Positions 1-20,058 of a stretch of 64,000 nucleotides of DNA are shown piece by piece. The stretch lies in NCBI GenBank assembly GCA_950097015.1, contig CATNEN010000003.1:1860001-1924000 (forward strand), given 5' to 3'. The translations under genes were made by a program, and so were the position numbers. The notes beneath the pieces were generated by a model that did not search any database, was not told the DNA's origin, and saw only the letters and a list, made by a program, of their open reading frames with translations. The stretch's first letter is position 1; each line of letters opens with the position of its first letter. Source of the stretch: Macrostomum hystrix. Taxonomy: Eukaryota; Animalia; Platyhelminthes.

Positions 1-235
1 CTGGTAGTTTTGTCTAGCTGGTAGTTGTGTCTAGCTGGTAGTTGTGTCTAGCTGGTAGTTGTGTCTAGCTGGTAGCTAATTGTGTCTAGCTGGTAGTTGA
101 CCGTGTCTAGCTGGTATTTGTGTCTAGCTGGTTGTTGATCGTGTCTAGCTGGTAGTTGTGTCTAGCTGGTACTTGTGTCTAGCTGGTACTTGTGTCTGGC
201 TGGTACTTGTGTCTGGCTGGTTGTTTTGTCTAGCT
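1..235. repeat. 17-bp minisatellite (ctggtagttgtgtctag)n, probably intronic to the innexin gene
   Basis: Direct tandem repeat, truncated by the window edge. Confidence 0.9.
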
Positions 236-402
236 TAGTTGTCAATCTTGTTAGTAAATCAAAACGCTAGAAGATTTTATAACTTTGTTAGTAACGGTAA
301 CAATTTTCAACATCCTTTGTCCATAGGAATACATAGTAACACAAAGTAGCACATGGGAATCAATGTGTTAACATAGTTTGTTATTTAATAAAATGCCTAC
401 AG

Positions 403-1517
403 GCCAGCCGTTGCAGTGCTGGGTGCCAGCTCATTTCACCAGCGCCATGGAGCAGTACGCTGAGAACTACTGCTGGATACAGAACACCTATTACCTGCCC
501 CTGAAAGAAAGCATTCCGGAGAAGCACAGCCACAGACAGGAGAGAAAGATTGGCTACTACCAATGGGTGCCATTCATGCTAGTCTGCCAGGCGCTGCTAT
601 TTTACCTGCCCAATATTGTCTGGCGCCTATTGAACTGGGAGAGCGGCATCAACTTTCGTGCCATCAACCGCATGACCTGCGACGCTCAGAATGTGAATCC
701 GGAGAACCGCGGCAAAACAATTCGCTGCATTTCGCGCCACATCGAGGACGCGTTGAAGTATCAGAAGCGACAGCGTCGCGATTGTGTTGGACAACTCAAA
801 CTGTTGGCTAGCAAGTACCTGCTGTGCTCTAGACGTCACGGTGTCTACCTGAGCTCCGTGTACCTCCTGATTAAGCTGATGTACATTGGCAATTGCATCA
901 GTCAGTTTTACCTGCTTAACGCTTTCCTAGGAAGTCCGTATAATTTTTTTGGCTGGCAGCTCCTAGTCAACATGATCTCGGGCGTTACCTGGGAAGAATC
1001 TGGCCAATTCCCGCGAGTGACCATGTGCGACTTTGAAATTCGCGTCCTTGGCAACCTTCACAGGCACACCGTGCAGTGCGTCCTAGTGATCAACCTGTTC
1101 AATGAGAAAATATTTGTGTTCCTTTGGTTCTGGCTCTTGCTTGTTGCCATAGCAACGGTGCTATCATTACTGACGTGGCTGTTTAGGCATGCTCTGCCAC
1201 CAACCAGGCGAGACTTTGTGCTCACCAGCCTGCGAATGGCCGAGCCAAGCCTGCGCAACCAGCGCCGAGACATGGCTCAGGAACGCCAGCTGAATAACTT
1301 TGTCAGCGAGAATCTGCGCTCCGACGGCGTCTTCGTGCTGCGAATGCTAGCGATCAACGCTGGCGACATCATCGCTGCTGAAGTAGCCAGGGAGCTGTGG
1401 CTGTCTTACAAAGCGGCGGACGATTTCACGGTGCGGACGAAGCAGGCAAATGCGGGCAACGTGAATGGCATCGATCAGCACTTAGTGATCTTGTCCGAAG
1501 ACTCGAACGTGGTCTGA
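403..1517 (+). CDS. Innexin (invertebrate gap-junction protein), large 3' coding exon; 5' exon(s) lie outside the window
   Basis: Innexin motifs GQPLQCWVP, YAENYCW, YYQWVPF, FPRVTMCDF, HTVQCVL and NEKIFVFLWFW. The acceptor cctacAG at 401-402 splits the Gly codon, so the ORF start at 378 is intronic read-through. Stop at 1515-1517. Confidence 0.95.
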
Positions 1518-1587
1518 GGACTAATGAGGCGATTGGAATCAGTGTACAGACAGTATAACACAGACAAGTGGTTTGTGATTCGTGCAT

Positions 1588-1880
1588 GGGGTGAGAAAGG
1601 GTTAGCGCCAAAGCGGTTAACGCGTTTACCTTTAGCACCAAGGTCCCTGAGCTCGATTTGCTCAGCGAGGCCACATTCATTTGGGCCGCAGCCGCGGAGA
1701 GAAGACTTGGGGGCTTGTCGTGTAACTAACGCCCTTGAGGGCCAACCTCCAAGGCATCGCATCGTATCTACGTTCGTGTGTGCTCAGGAGTCAGCGAAAT
1801 GGGCAGAATTGCCTCCTCGCTGGCTGTGGGTCTAGTGTCACCAAATGATGTACCATATTGCCCGAAGCCCTCCTGCAATT
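1588..1880 (+). mobile_element. tRNA-headed SINE, family A, copy 1 (just 3' of the innexin stop)
   Basis: Degenerate A/B-box head (agcggttaacgcg ... gagctcgatt). Shares blocks such as gccacattcatttggg and gctcaggagtcagcgaaatgggcagaattgcctcctcg with 22815-23125 and, inverted, with 40400-40695. Confidence 0.8.
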
Positions 1881-2991
1881 ATTATAATTTTTATGGGGTC
1901 ATAAAAGGGAAAATAATAGTGATTGCTTGATATATTATATGAATTCAACGAAAGTTTAAAATGCACTCAAAACTTTGTCTCTCGGTCGAACTCAAAAACT
2001 CCGTTTCATATCTCGAGGCAATTATTTATATTTTTGTAAAATGTATTTAATATTTCTTCCTACATTTACGCGAGACAAACTCCTAGGTAAAAGTGTTTTT
2101 TACTAATAACTACAAACAGTAAACTTGTACTTTTACTTGTACTTGTACTTTTAAAGTACATTTGTGTAACCAAATCAAAATACCCTTTTACTTGAACGTT
2201 AGTTCTCATAAATAATTTTGCTCAAATTCAAAACCAAGAACTATAAATATCAGTGCTCATTTTTTCTAACTACCTGATTGTTTTAATTTTATTTGATGAA
2301 GCGAGCATGCTTCATTTACGTTATTGCTTCTGATGTTGAAGTTTATGAAATGAATCTTTGTTGTTTTGATTAGGAAATTTTAACGATAAGTTAGATAAGC
2401 ATACGTGTTGCGCGTGCAATGACCCAAGTATTGGAAATTAACTTATGACTATTTTTTGCTTTAAGCTCACCTTTTTGTTGCTGTTCTTATTTTTTTAATT
2501 TAATTAATAAATCAACTTTTTTATACACGCAAATTTACTAGCGAATTAACGATTGACAGATGCGTCAATAATGTGTCGATATAATGTATACATGCATATA
2601 CACTGCATTGTATTTGCTCAATTTGACAGCAATTAAAACAAACCAATTCAGAATGTTTCTAATAAGAGCTTTAAAACAACGAATAACGTATATATGAAAC
2701 TGTGAGTTCATTAGGGAATTTGGGACATTGACATCGAGTCCGTTGCTTAGTTAATTAAAATATTGTTTTTAAAACTAAATTTAACAATTCTGCACAAATG
2801 GCAGAATTCGTTGTTTATTTCGACATAAGCATTAATATTTTAAGCAAAGTTTTCATTTCCTGTTGCCTCCAAAGGACATAGCGACAAGTCTAAAATGAAA
2901 GATTAGAAACAGAATTTCGGAAGAATACTATTTTATTGCTACTTTTTAAAGTCAGTAGTGAAGTGCGCACATTAAAACATTTTTACCAGAT

Positions 2992-5900
2992 TTAGTCTCC
3001 ACAAGTCTCCGTAGGGGTTGTCATGGCGACAGTTGTGGCTGCTGCAAAACCACAGGAAATGTCTACCTCTGAACTGACTATACATGTTGCTGCAGATGAG
3101 GACTGAGGACCTACTGGACGAAATACAGATTGAAGGCACACATTGTGAAAAGACACAATACTGTTTAAAAAACTGATTCTCACACCAGTTAGACAGACTC
3201 TCACAACCTGTTAGACATACTCTCACAACCTGTTAGACATACTCTCACAACCTGTTAGACATACTCTCACTACCTGTTAGACATACTCTCACAACCTGTT
3301 AGACATACTCTCACAACCTGTTAGACATACTCTCACAACCTGTTAGACATACTCTCACAACCTGTTAGACATACTCTCACAACCTGTTAGACATACTCTC
3401 ACAACCTGTTAGACATACTCTCACAACCTGTTAGACATACTCTCACAACCTGTTAGACATACTCTCACAACCTGTTAGACATACTCTCACAACCTGTTAG
3501 ACATACTCTCACAACCTGTTCGAAATACTCTCACTACCTGTTAGACAGACTCTCACAACCTGTTAGACATACTCTCACAACCTGTTAGACATACTCTCAC
3601 AACCTGTTAGACATACTCTCACAACCTGTTAGACATACTCTCACTACCTGTTAGACATACTCTCACTACCTGTTAGACAGACTCTCACAACCTGTTAGAC
3701 ATACTCTCACAACCTGTTAGACATACTCTCACAACCTGTTAGACATACTCTCACAACCTGTTAGACATACTCTCACAACCTGTTAGACATACTCTCACTA
3801 CCTGTTAGACATACTCTCACAACCTGTTCGAAATACTCTCACTACCTGTTAGACAGACTCTCACAACCTGTTAGACATACTCTCACAACCTGTTAGACAT
3901 ACTCTCACAACCTGTTAGACATACTCTCACAACCTGTTAGACATACTCTCACTACCTGTTAGACATACTCTCACTACCTGTTAGACAGACTCTCACAACC
4001 TGTTAGACATACTCTCACAACCTGTTAGACATACTCTCACAACCTGTTAGACATACTCTCACAACCTGTTAGACATACTCTCACAACCTGTTAGACAGAC
4101 TCTCACAACCTGTTAGACATACTCTCACTACCTGTTAGACAGACTCTCACAACCTGTTCGAAATACTCTCACAACCTGTTAGACATACTCTCACTACCTG
4201 TTAGACATACTCTCGCAACCTGTTAGACATACTCTCACTACCTGTTAGACATACTCTCACAACCTGTTAGACATACTCTCACAACCTGTTAGACATACTC
4301 TCACAACCTGTTAGACATACTCTCACAACCTGTTAGACATACTCTCACTACCTGTTAGACATACTCTCACAACCTGTTAGACATACTCTCACAACCTGTT
4401 AGACATACTCTCTTACTTACTTACTTTGCAGGGGGGCCTGGGGCACTTGACGCACAAACACAGGAACGGCATGCCCCCAGGCCGGCGAACTAGGCGAGAG
4501 CCGCCCATCGCGCCGCCTCCCCTGAGCAGGCACCTCACACACACAGCAGCAAGCCAAGCGGGGAAGGGGGCGGCAGCCGGAGTGCCTCTCACCCCAGGCC
4601 CGCACACGCACAGAGCAGACCAAGCCGGGGCGGAAGGCTGATAGAAATCAGTCCTCAGGGGGGGGGGGGGCGGGTGACGAGTGTACACTTTATCCAATCG
4701 CGCTGACGGAAATCCAGATGAGCGCGCGGCGGTGTACACCCGCCCCCCAGCCACCCCCCGCAAGGTCTAACGCCCCAGCGCCAACGCACAAACTCATACA
4801 ACGCAGAACAGGCACACAGAAAGGTAGGAGCGAAGCTATTTTTCAAGCTTTGATTGCACGAAATAAGGTGCACCTCCGCCGGTCGCTACTGTCCAAACCC
4901 CCCCAACAAGTACCGAAATTAATCGTGACCTGAAGGGTGAATCGAACTAGCGTCCTTTGGAGTGCGAGGCAGCGACATTAGCCGCTGACCCCCCTCGCCC
5001 CCTAGACATACTCTCACAACTTGTTAGACATACTCTCACAACCTGTTAGACACACTTTCACAACCTGTTAGACAGACTCTCACAACCTGTTAGACACACT
5101 CTCACAACCTGTTAGACACACTTTCACAACCTGTTAGACACACTTTCACAACCTGTTAGACAGATCAAGCAACCTGTTAGACAGATCAAGCAACCTAGCT
5201 GTTACAGAAGTCTCAGCACACATATGAAGGGGTGCTTACTTTTAGTACCAACCAGCTGTGACTCTGGTGCATTGTCACCAGACGAATTGTGTGTGGACAT
5301 CCTTCTGGCTCTGACTGCTAGAATGAGCGCTATTGATAGCAACAGAACGAGAAGCAGGCAGCTTGCTACGGCTGTCGCAATCAGCGTTAGTCTGGGTTCA
5401 ATCATTAAAATGTTTTGTTTTTTGTCACCGTCTTTAAAAACCAATAAAAAATGAAGTATCGATCTTACTTCATGTTAGCCAGCTCCTGTTGCTGCTGCTG
5501 CTGCTGAACTTCTGACAACAGGTTGGCGGCGTTATCAGCACTGCTGCTGCCGCTGCTAGTTTCATCGGCACTTGAGAAACTGACATCTGGTGATATTGTG
5601 ACGCCACTTATATAGCAACAGTACCTGACGAAACATTTCATTAGTGTCGTATGTAATTTAAACCTCAAATTTCAGCTGAAATTGTTTCCTTACTTTTTTA
5701 GTGATAATTTTTTAAGAAATAAACTATAATCGCTGTTCTAAAAATAGTAACAACTATTGACGTTCCAAAAATAGAAACAAATTTTTTTCTCTAAATATAG
5801 CAACTAAGATTCTTAAAGTTCTTCAAAACAAAGATCGCTGATCTAAAAATAGATCCGGAATCTCTATTCTTGCGTAAGGCGCGATTTTATAAAAAAAATC

Positions 5901-6610
5901 TTTGTGAAAAGCAAGAATTTTTTAAAACGAGATTTTTTCGCTGGCATAAAGGTTTATTAACCGATTTTCCTGATTTCTGATAAAGATCATCAGCGCCATG
6001 CATTTCCTTAACCCGCAAATAAATAAACAGTTTTTACAGAACAGAAACCTTGTTCCATTGCCAAACTGGCAGCAGTCCAGCGATTCACCAACGCGCGCCG
6101 CTTGTCGCCAGCCGCACGAGAAGCCAGTCTGCCAGATGTTGTCCGCATCTCGGTAGCCGGAGCAATATACTGCGGCGGACATTAGGTACTCTGACTATTT
6201 TTTTTCCTAGCTTTCAGAATATTTGACCGCGTGGACAGCTAGGCTTAGGTTGTAGCCTAGTGGTTAGGGCGTTAGACTCACGACTAGAAGGTTGAGGGTT
6301 CGATTCCCGAATTCATTGGAACAATTTGTGTCCTTTGGCAAGACACTTAACTCTGCATTGCTTCAGTTCACCCAGCTGTTAAAAGGGTACCAGCATCAGC
6401 TGGGATAATTGAAGGTGGGTGTGGCGTCCATTATGAACTAATGTCAAAACATTAGTCTTTGGCACCATTCTCAAAGCTGGAGCAGAAGATTCACCGTGCC
6501 TTGAAGGAAAAAGAAAAATGCCTACCTTCCTCTGGATCCATTTCTTGAATTAGTTTCGATCTCAGTGAGTAATCTGTTCTCTTTCGCGTTTCAGGTAAGC
6601 CTCTCTGTGA
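2992..6610 (-). CDS. Shisa-like single-pass membrane protein with a six-Cys ectodomain; exons 6610-6526, 6169-6049, 5624-5469, 5391-5240, 3113-2992; 5' end uncertain
   Basis: Spliced translation reads YCSGYRDADNIWQTGFSC...CCQFGNGTRYCC (Shisa-type C-C-CC-CC pattern), then TM segment LIATAVASCLLLVLLLSIALILAV and basic RARR. All four introns are GT-AG with matching phases. A possible signal-peptide exon near 6800-6965 could not be joined confidently. Confidence 0.75.
3185..5200. repeat. 22-bp minisatellite (acaacctgttagacatactctc)n in the last intron of the Shisa-like gene, interrupted by a SINE
   Basis: Tandem units at 3185-4412 and 5003-5200. Confidence 0.95.
4413..5002 (-). mobile_element. 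tRNA-headed SINE, family B (~590 bp), copy 1
   Basis: Inverted near-copy of 19294-19889. tRNA-like head (cagcggctaa ... gttcgatt), (aagt)n tail, and a 13-bp duplication tagacatactctc at 4400-4412 and 5003-5015 that breaks the minisatellite register. Confidence 0.88.
6248..6428 (+). mobile_element. tRNA-derived CORE-type SINE, family C, 3'-truncated
   Basis: A box tagcctagtgg and B box ggttcgattcc, then gtgtcctttggcaagacacttaactct...cagttcacccagctgttaaa resembling the MIR/CORE domain. Homologous to 17803-18075. Confidence 0.8.
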
Positions 6611-7169
6611 CTAAAAGGGCTTTTATATAGCCATCTACTAATTAGTCGATGGCAATATCCACTTGTTCAACCAAGGCGCAAACTGCTGCTGCTATGTACT
6701 GAAGAAGAACTAAGAAATCTGTGCCTTTTTCCATCATTTTCTAGCTTTAAAATCTTTTTTCAAAGTCAAGGAAAAAAATGAAAGAAGTGGTGTGGCGGGA
6801 CTTGCTTTTGGGGGTTGGAGAGACATTGCTGCCCAATGGTGTTTCTGGGGCTAATGCAGTTGTCCACGTTGTCTGCGCTGACAGATGTGCTGCTAAAAAC
6901 ACACACGCACACACAACTCTATGGCAATGGGAGTTTTTTTCCAAACTAAAGTAATTTATTGCCATCGCAGACAGAAAAACAGCGATATGGCAGTAAGAAT
7001 TTGTGGGAATTCGCAACGTGTGAATGTCCTTCTTTTGCGAAATGCTTTCTATCGCATTAGTAGCAGCTTTTTTTCTAAATGACAAATGGTTTCAGTCAAA
7101 GCATTGCCTTCATGATTTGCGATGCTGCAACAAGTATGAAATTTATGAGGCACAGCAGTGCAGCTTCTC

Positions 7170-7597
7170 TGACACCGCTCTGACCCACACCACTCTGACC
7201 CACACCACTCTGACCCACACCACTCTGACCCACACCACTCTGACCCACACCACTCTGACCCCCCACCCCTCTGACCCACACCACTCTGACCCACACTACT
7301 CTGATCCACACCACTCTGACCCACACCAATCTGACCCACCACCACTCTGACCCACACCACTCTGATCCACAACCACTCTGACCCACACCACTCTGACCCC
7401 CCACCCCTCTGACCCACACCACTCTGACCCACACTACTCTGATCCACACCACTCTGACCCACACTACTCTGATCCACACCACTCTGACCCACACTACTCT
7501 GATCCACAACCACTCTGACCCACACCACTCTGACCCCCCACCCCTCTGACCCACACCACTCTGACCCACACCACTCTGACCCACACCACTCTGACCC
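7170..7597. repeat. ~15-bp minisatellite (ccacaccactctgac)n
   Basis: Direct tandem repeat. Confidence 0.92.
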
Positions 7598-8574
7598 ATC
7601 TTACCGATGTCCCACTGACTGATGTTGATCTGAAAATCGCCCATTTGTTAACTGACTTGACTGACCTACACTGAAACTAAATGTTAAAACTTTTAGGTTT
7701 CTAAAATAGTTTTGTTCATAAATGTTTAGATCCAGATTTTGCGCAGCAGTTTAATGCCAAAAGATTTGATTTTTTGTAAAGAAAAAATATAAATTGACTT
7801 TCCTCTATTTTCATTCTGCTACAGGCACAAGAACTGACGGCGCACTTCCATTTGTTGTCTTTTAATCTACATAATTTCTCTTGCATGTTTTTTCAAAAAA
7901 TATATGTAATCTTGCTTCATAGTTCTGCATTCTAAGAAACTATAGGAATTGATTAGATCAGATCAAGGTAGGTTGGATTACCGGGTTAATCTCTTAAAGC
8001 CATGGTGCAGTCTCAGGTCGGATTATTAGGCAGGAATTAGCAAAGACAAAGCAATGACTGACTCGAAGTCACTACTGCCCGAATATTAGCTAATACGAGC
8101 AGAAATTTGAGAAGCAATAAAATATTCGAGATATTATTAGAAATTTTTTTGGAACGCGCTTGCCTTAAAGTAAGCAGTGATTTACCCATAGGATTTCAAG
8201 TAAGGAATGACAAGACAAGTCTGATTGACGTAATTAAGGATTAGGTAATACGCTTACACTTGTCTTGAGCATGTACTCACTAATCTGTGTACATCTGCCC
8301 CTGACTTTCTCATCCGTCAGACATCGACAGACGATGTGTACTCACTCTCTATGACAGAACTGTAAGACAAGCTACTCATGATTGAATTGCGATAGGATAA
8401 GTACAATATCTACAAAAATAGCATGAGGATATTCCTTACTAACAAAAAGTCTAGGAAAAACACAGGACAAAATCCATCGATAAAAATTCACATCAAATCA
8501 ATTTTAAGGAATTCTGATGGAGTCAGCATAAATTACCATTGTTCCTGGTTGCACCCTAATGGAGACTGAACCCG

Positions 8575-9287
8575 TGACAGACAGACAGACATTCAGGACA
8601 GACAGACATTCAGGACAGACAGACAGACATTCAGGACAGACAGACATTCAGGACAGACAGAAATGCAAGACAGACAGACATGCAAGACAGACAGACATTC
8701 AGGACAGACAGACAGACATTCAGGACAGATAGACATTTAGGACAGACAGACAGACATTCAGGACAGACAGACATTCAGGACAGACAGACATTCAGGACAA
8801 ACAGACATGCAAGACAGACAGACATTCAGGACAGACAGACAGACATTCAGGACAGATAGACATTTAGGACAGACAGACAGACATTCAGGACAGACAGACA
8901 TTCAGGACAGACAGACATTCAGGACAGACAGACATTCAGGACAGACAGACATGCAAGACAGACAGACATTCAGGACAGACAGACATGCAAGACAGACAGA
9001 CATTCAGGACAGACAGACATGCAAGACAGACAGACATTCAGGACAGACAGACATGCAAGACAGACAGACATTCAGGACAGACAGACAGACATTCAGGACA
9101 GATAGACATTTAGGACAGACAGACAGACATTCAGGACAGACAGACATTCAGGACAGACAGACATTCAGGACAGACAGACATGCAAGACAGACAGATAGAC
9201 ATTCAGGACAGACAGACAGACATTCAGGACAGACTGACAGACATTCAGGGAAGACTGACAGACATTCAGGACAGACAGACAGACAGC
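8575..9287. repeat. (gaca)n-derived 18-22-bp minisatellite (gacagacagacattcag), 3' of the type I membrane protein gene
   Basis: Direct tandem repeat. Confidence 0.92.
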
Positions 9288-9353
9288 AAGAGTAGGATCA
9301 TTCAGTTCTGCCAACAGTCTAAAATATTTGCCTCGGTGCGGATTTCCCATTGT

Positions 9354-16462
<7,109 letters not shown>

Positions 16463-17802
16463 CAAACGATCACAGGAAATTATCTCGGAGCAGCTATAGC
16501 AGGTGTCAATAGACATGAGGATTTTTGGGGATCTGTTGAGTATCGAAGCGGATTATAAAAAGGGTCAAAAGGGTGGGGCATGTCTATTGGGCATGACGAG
16601 GCGAGCAGGCGTTGAGCATTTTTGCATCCAGTGTCTCTCTAGTGCTTTGCCGATAGCTCATTTGCTAGCGCATGTGGATAGGGGAGAAGGGTACTACTTG
16701 GCCTTCCCAATTCCACTTCATTCCCATCGTGAGCCTCCCCTTTTTACGGTTTGCGCCGGTCTTTGCACAATCAAGGAGGCCCGGGGACTAGGCATTGCAC
16801 CGAGGCGACAGTCGCTAATGAGACGCGGGTTTTGAAGGCTGGGGGAGACAGGCGCAAAACCGGATTACGGATTAAGTTTGTACAAAGCTTCCTGTGGGGC
16901 TAAGGTGCAACAGACGGTCTCCTATTTTTATGCTTCAAGCCCCCAGTATTTGAGTCGGAACACTTTTTTGAGGATTGGTACGAGTACTATAACATTTTTT
17001 AACCGAGGACTACTATAAGTAGAATAACGCAAAAGTCTTCATTCATCCATTTTTTCTTATTTACAGACGTGATTTTATGAAATCCATTAAACAACAGATT
17101 TTCGGTGTTTAAACAAGTTTTTGAAGACATCCCAATGCTAATAGTCAATACTTTATTAATCTAGAAAGCAAATTTCATGTGTAGCTTTCCAGACAGCTAA
17201 CACTGCTTTCAAGCGACCAATTTCTAAAATAATTTTTTGGCATACCTTGATCTTGTCTTCTTTAGGGTTTGTTCGCTTGACTTGCCGCATAGCGTTTTTT
17301 TCTGGGCTATGCAATCTTGTCTCCCTATTGAAGCGTAAATCCCATGTCTATTGATGTCAGTTCTGAGCCCAACTCTATTTTCCCCTCCACCACACACAAC
17401 AGGGTAAGCATGCGTTCATTAATCCCCGTGAATAGGTCTTCCTGTCTGACTTCCTTGCAATGTTTTCAAAAGAGCCTGCAACGATAGCCAGTTCCCAATT
17501 TGCGTGTTTTAGTAACCTGTCAGTGCTCATCTTTCCTGCTCAAAGGGGATCGAGAGGGGCGCGAGATGGGAGAGTAGGGTGTGGCCTCAGCTTACTCATT
17601 CGGCTTCATGGCTGGCTCTGTACAATCTCTCTGACGAGTGCTTGCACATCATTGTGTGTAATAGTCAATCTATTAACATGCTTAATCTGTATATTGCGCC
17701 CAAAGTTATTTTAGGCTTATTAAATCTCTTAAACTAGGTCTAAAGTTCGAATGCAACCCAATTGGTGACAGGATTATTTGAAATAGATTTGTTGCGAAAG
17801 AA

Positions 17803-18075
17803 AGCCTTAGTGGTTAGAGCGTCGAACTCACGAATTGAAGGTCGGGGGTTCGATTCCAAATTCCACTGGAAAAAATTGTCTTCTTTAGCAAGACACTTGA
17901 CTCTGCATTGCTTCAGTTCACCCAGCTGTTAAATACCAGCATTAGCTGGGGTAATTGGAGGTGGGTGTGGCGTCCCCCAGTCCATGGACTGAACAGCCGT
18001 ACGCAGCCTTCAGATGCGCCGCACAATAGCTGCGGCTGTGCTGTCGGCTGCACATCTGGCCCAATTGGGGGCAGG
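17803..18075 (+). mobile_element. tRNA-derived CORE-type SINE, family C, near full length
   Basis: A/B boxes (ttagtggttagagc; ggttcgattcc), CORE-like block, and a 3' GC-rich palindromic domain shared with the copies at 11095 and 40310. Confidence 0.82.
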
Positions 18076-18269
18076 TGTAGATGACAGAAATTAACCCGTT
18101 AAAGTCAAACCAAAACTTTTGTTTAACTTTTGTAGATTACAAAGGCATTGGAAAAAATGTGTACATGGATTTGAAATTTACGTACACGTACACGTAATGA
18201 TTTAATAATTCAGGATAAAGAAAAATAGTCACATTTTTTCTTTTTTATTTATCATTTTTCAACGAGTCA

Positions 18270-18770
18270 TTAGAGACGCGTTTTTGTCGTTAGAGACATT
18301 CATTTATTCATGAGTCGTTGGAGATGTGTTTGACTCGTTAGAGATGTGTTTTAGTCGTTAGAGACGCGTTTGAGTTGTTAGAGACGATTTTGAGTCGTTA
18401 GAGACGCGTTTGAGTTGTTAGAGACGATTTTGAGTCGTTGGAGACGCGTTTGAGTTGTTAGAGACGATTTTGAGTCGTTGGAGACGCGTTTGAGTTGTTA
18501 GAGACGATTTTGAGTTGTTAGAGACGCGTTTGAGTTGTTAGAGACGATTTTGAGTCGTTGGAGACGCGTTTGAGTTGTTAGAGACGATTTTGAGTCGTTG
18601 GAGACGCGTTTGAGTTGTTAGAGACGATTTTGAGTCGTTGGAGACGATTTTGAGTTGTTAGAGACGCGTTTGAGTTGATAGAGACGCGTTTGAGTTGTTA
18701 GAGACGCGTTTGAGTTGTTAGAGACGATTTTGAGTCGTTGGAGACGCGTTACAGTCGTTAGAGATGTTGA
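18270..18770. repeat. 20-bp minisatellite with alternating A/B units (gagacgcgtttgagttgtta / gagacgattttgagtcgttg)
   Basis: 20-bp period with a 40-bp higher-order dimer. Confidence 0.92.
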
Positions 18771-19293
18771 AAGACACATTGTAAAACTATTTTGTGACGG
18801 TACATTTTTCATCGAGTTATATTACTGTTTGGAGAAACCGTATACAAATACAAGAAGGTGATAGCTGCATTTTCATGTTACAGGGTTTCCGAAAATATAT
18901 ATATAGTGGCAAAGAAAATAAATTGTGCGCTGTTAAATCAGTTTTTGAGACAACAACATTTTCTATTGAAGTGCAAGATGAGGTTCAGAAAATCATGGAA
19001 ACTGAAATGAAAGGTGTAGAAAGTACGTGTTTCGGTGAATTAGGTATTAAAATATGATGACAACGTTCGTCCTCCACGACGCTTCGATAATACTGCTCAA
19101 AGTGTAGTTATATAGTTTGCTGATTTCGGTGATGAGTACATGATGAAAATATCCAGTAGCGGTTAAAGTGCTTAAATAAGTTTAATAACCAATTGTGTCG
19201 ACATAAAAATCACTTTCATAGCTCGATAATTTGACTAGCTTTCAATTAAAATAAAGCTATATAATTATTAGTTGTATAATGACCATGGGTTAA

Positions 19294-19889
19294 GGGGGCG
19301 AGTGGATCAGCGGCTAACGTCGCTGCCTCGCACTCCAAAGGACGCTAGTTCGATTCTCCCTTCAAGTCACGATTAATTTCGGGACTTGTTGGGGGGGCTT
19401 GGACAGTAGCGACCGGCGGAGGTGCACCATATTTCGTGCAATCAAAGCTTGAAATAATAGCTTCGCTCCTACCTTCTGTGTGCCTGTTCTGCGTTGCGTG
19501 AGTTGTGTGCGTTGGCGCTGGGGCTTGAGACCTTGCGGGGGGTGGCTGGAGGGCGGGTGTACACCGCCGCGCGCTTTCTGGACTTCCGTCAGCGCGATTG
19601 GATAAGTTTACACTCATCACCCGGCCCCCTGAGGACTGGTTTCTTATCAGCCTTCCGCCCCGGCTTGGTCTGCTCAGTGCGTGCGGGGCTGGGGTGGGGG
19701 ACACTGCTGCCTATTCTGGGTGCCTCCTGCCCTCCCCGGCTGGTCTGTGCTGTTGTGTGTGGTGCCTGCTCAGGGGAGGCGGCGCGATGGGCGCTTAAGC
19801 GCCTAGTTCGCCGGTCTGGGGGCGTGCCGCTCCGTCGCTTGTGCGACAACTGCCCCGGGCCCCCCTACAAATAGATAGATAGAGATAGA
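19294..19889 (+). mobile_element. tRNA-headed SINE, family B, copy 2
   Basis: Colinear with the reverse complement of 4413-5002; (agat)n tail; flanking duplication gaccatggg at 19281-19289 and 19890-19898. Confidence 0.88.
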
Positions 19890-20058
19890 GACCATGGGGT
19901 ATTTCAAATACTACCCCATGGTCATTAAAGTACATCGTAAAGAGCGTAAAATTTGATTCAGATGCTGTACGAAGATCGGTCATTCAGTTTGGGAGCTATC
20001 GTGAAATAGGCAGCGGGTTTTTGAAGTTAATCTTTCCATTCTACTGTCAATGGGGACT

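Noticed and set aside
378-402. Innexin N-terminus MLFNKMPT
   Set aside because: Intronic read-through; the first TM helix is missing and must be encoded upstream of the window.
1811-1830. gcctcctcgctggc is identical to the P3-L3 segment of the HDV ribozyme
   Set aside because: No upstream P1 partner, no correctly placed GG for P1.1 and no adequate P2. The segment is better explained by pairing with gtcagcga within the SINE hairpin. A cleavage assay would settle it.
6248-6325. tRNA gene (also 17803, 19294 and remnants near 54545 and 61720)
   Set aside because: A/B boxes are present but there is no complete cloverleaf; they continue into SINE bodies or are decayed heads.
16911-16935. Short resemblance (gacggtctc) to a flatworm spliced-leader sequence as I recall it
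   Set aside because: Only ~9 nt match, with no donor or Sm site.
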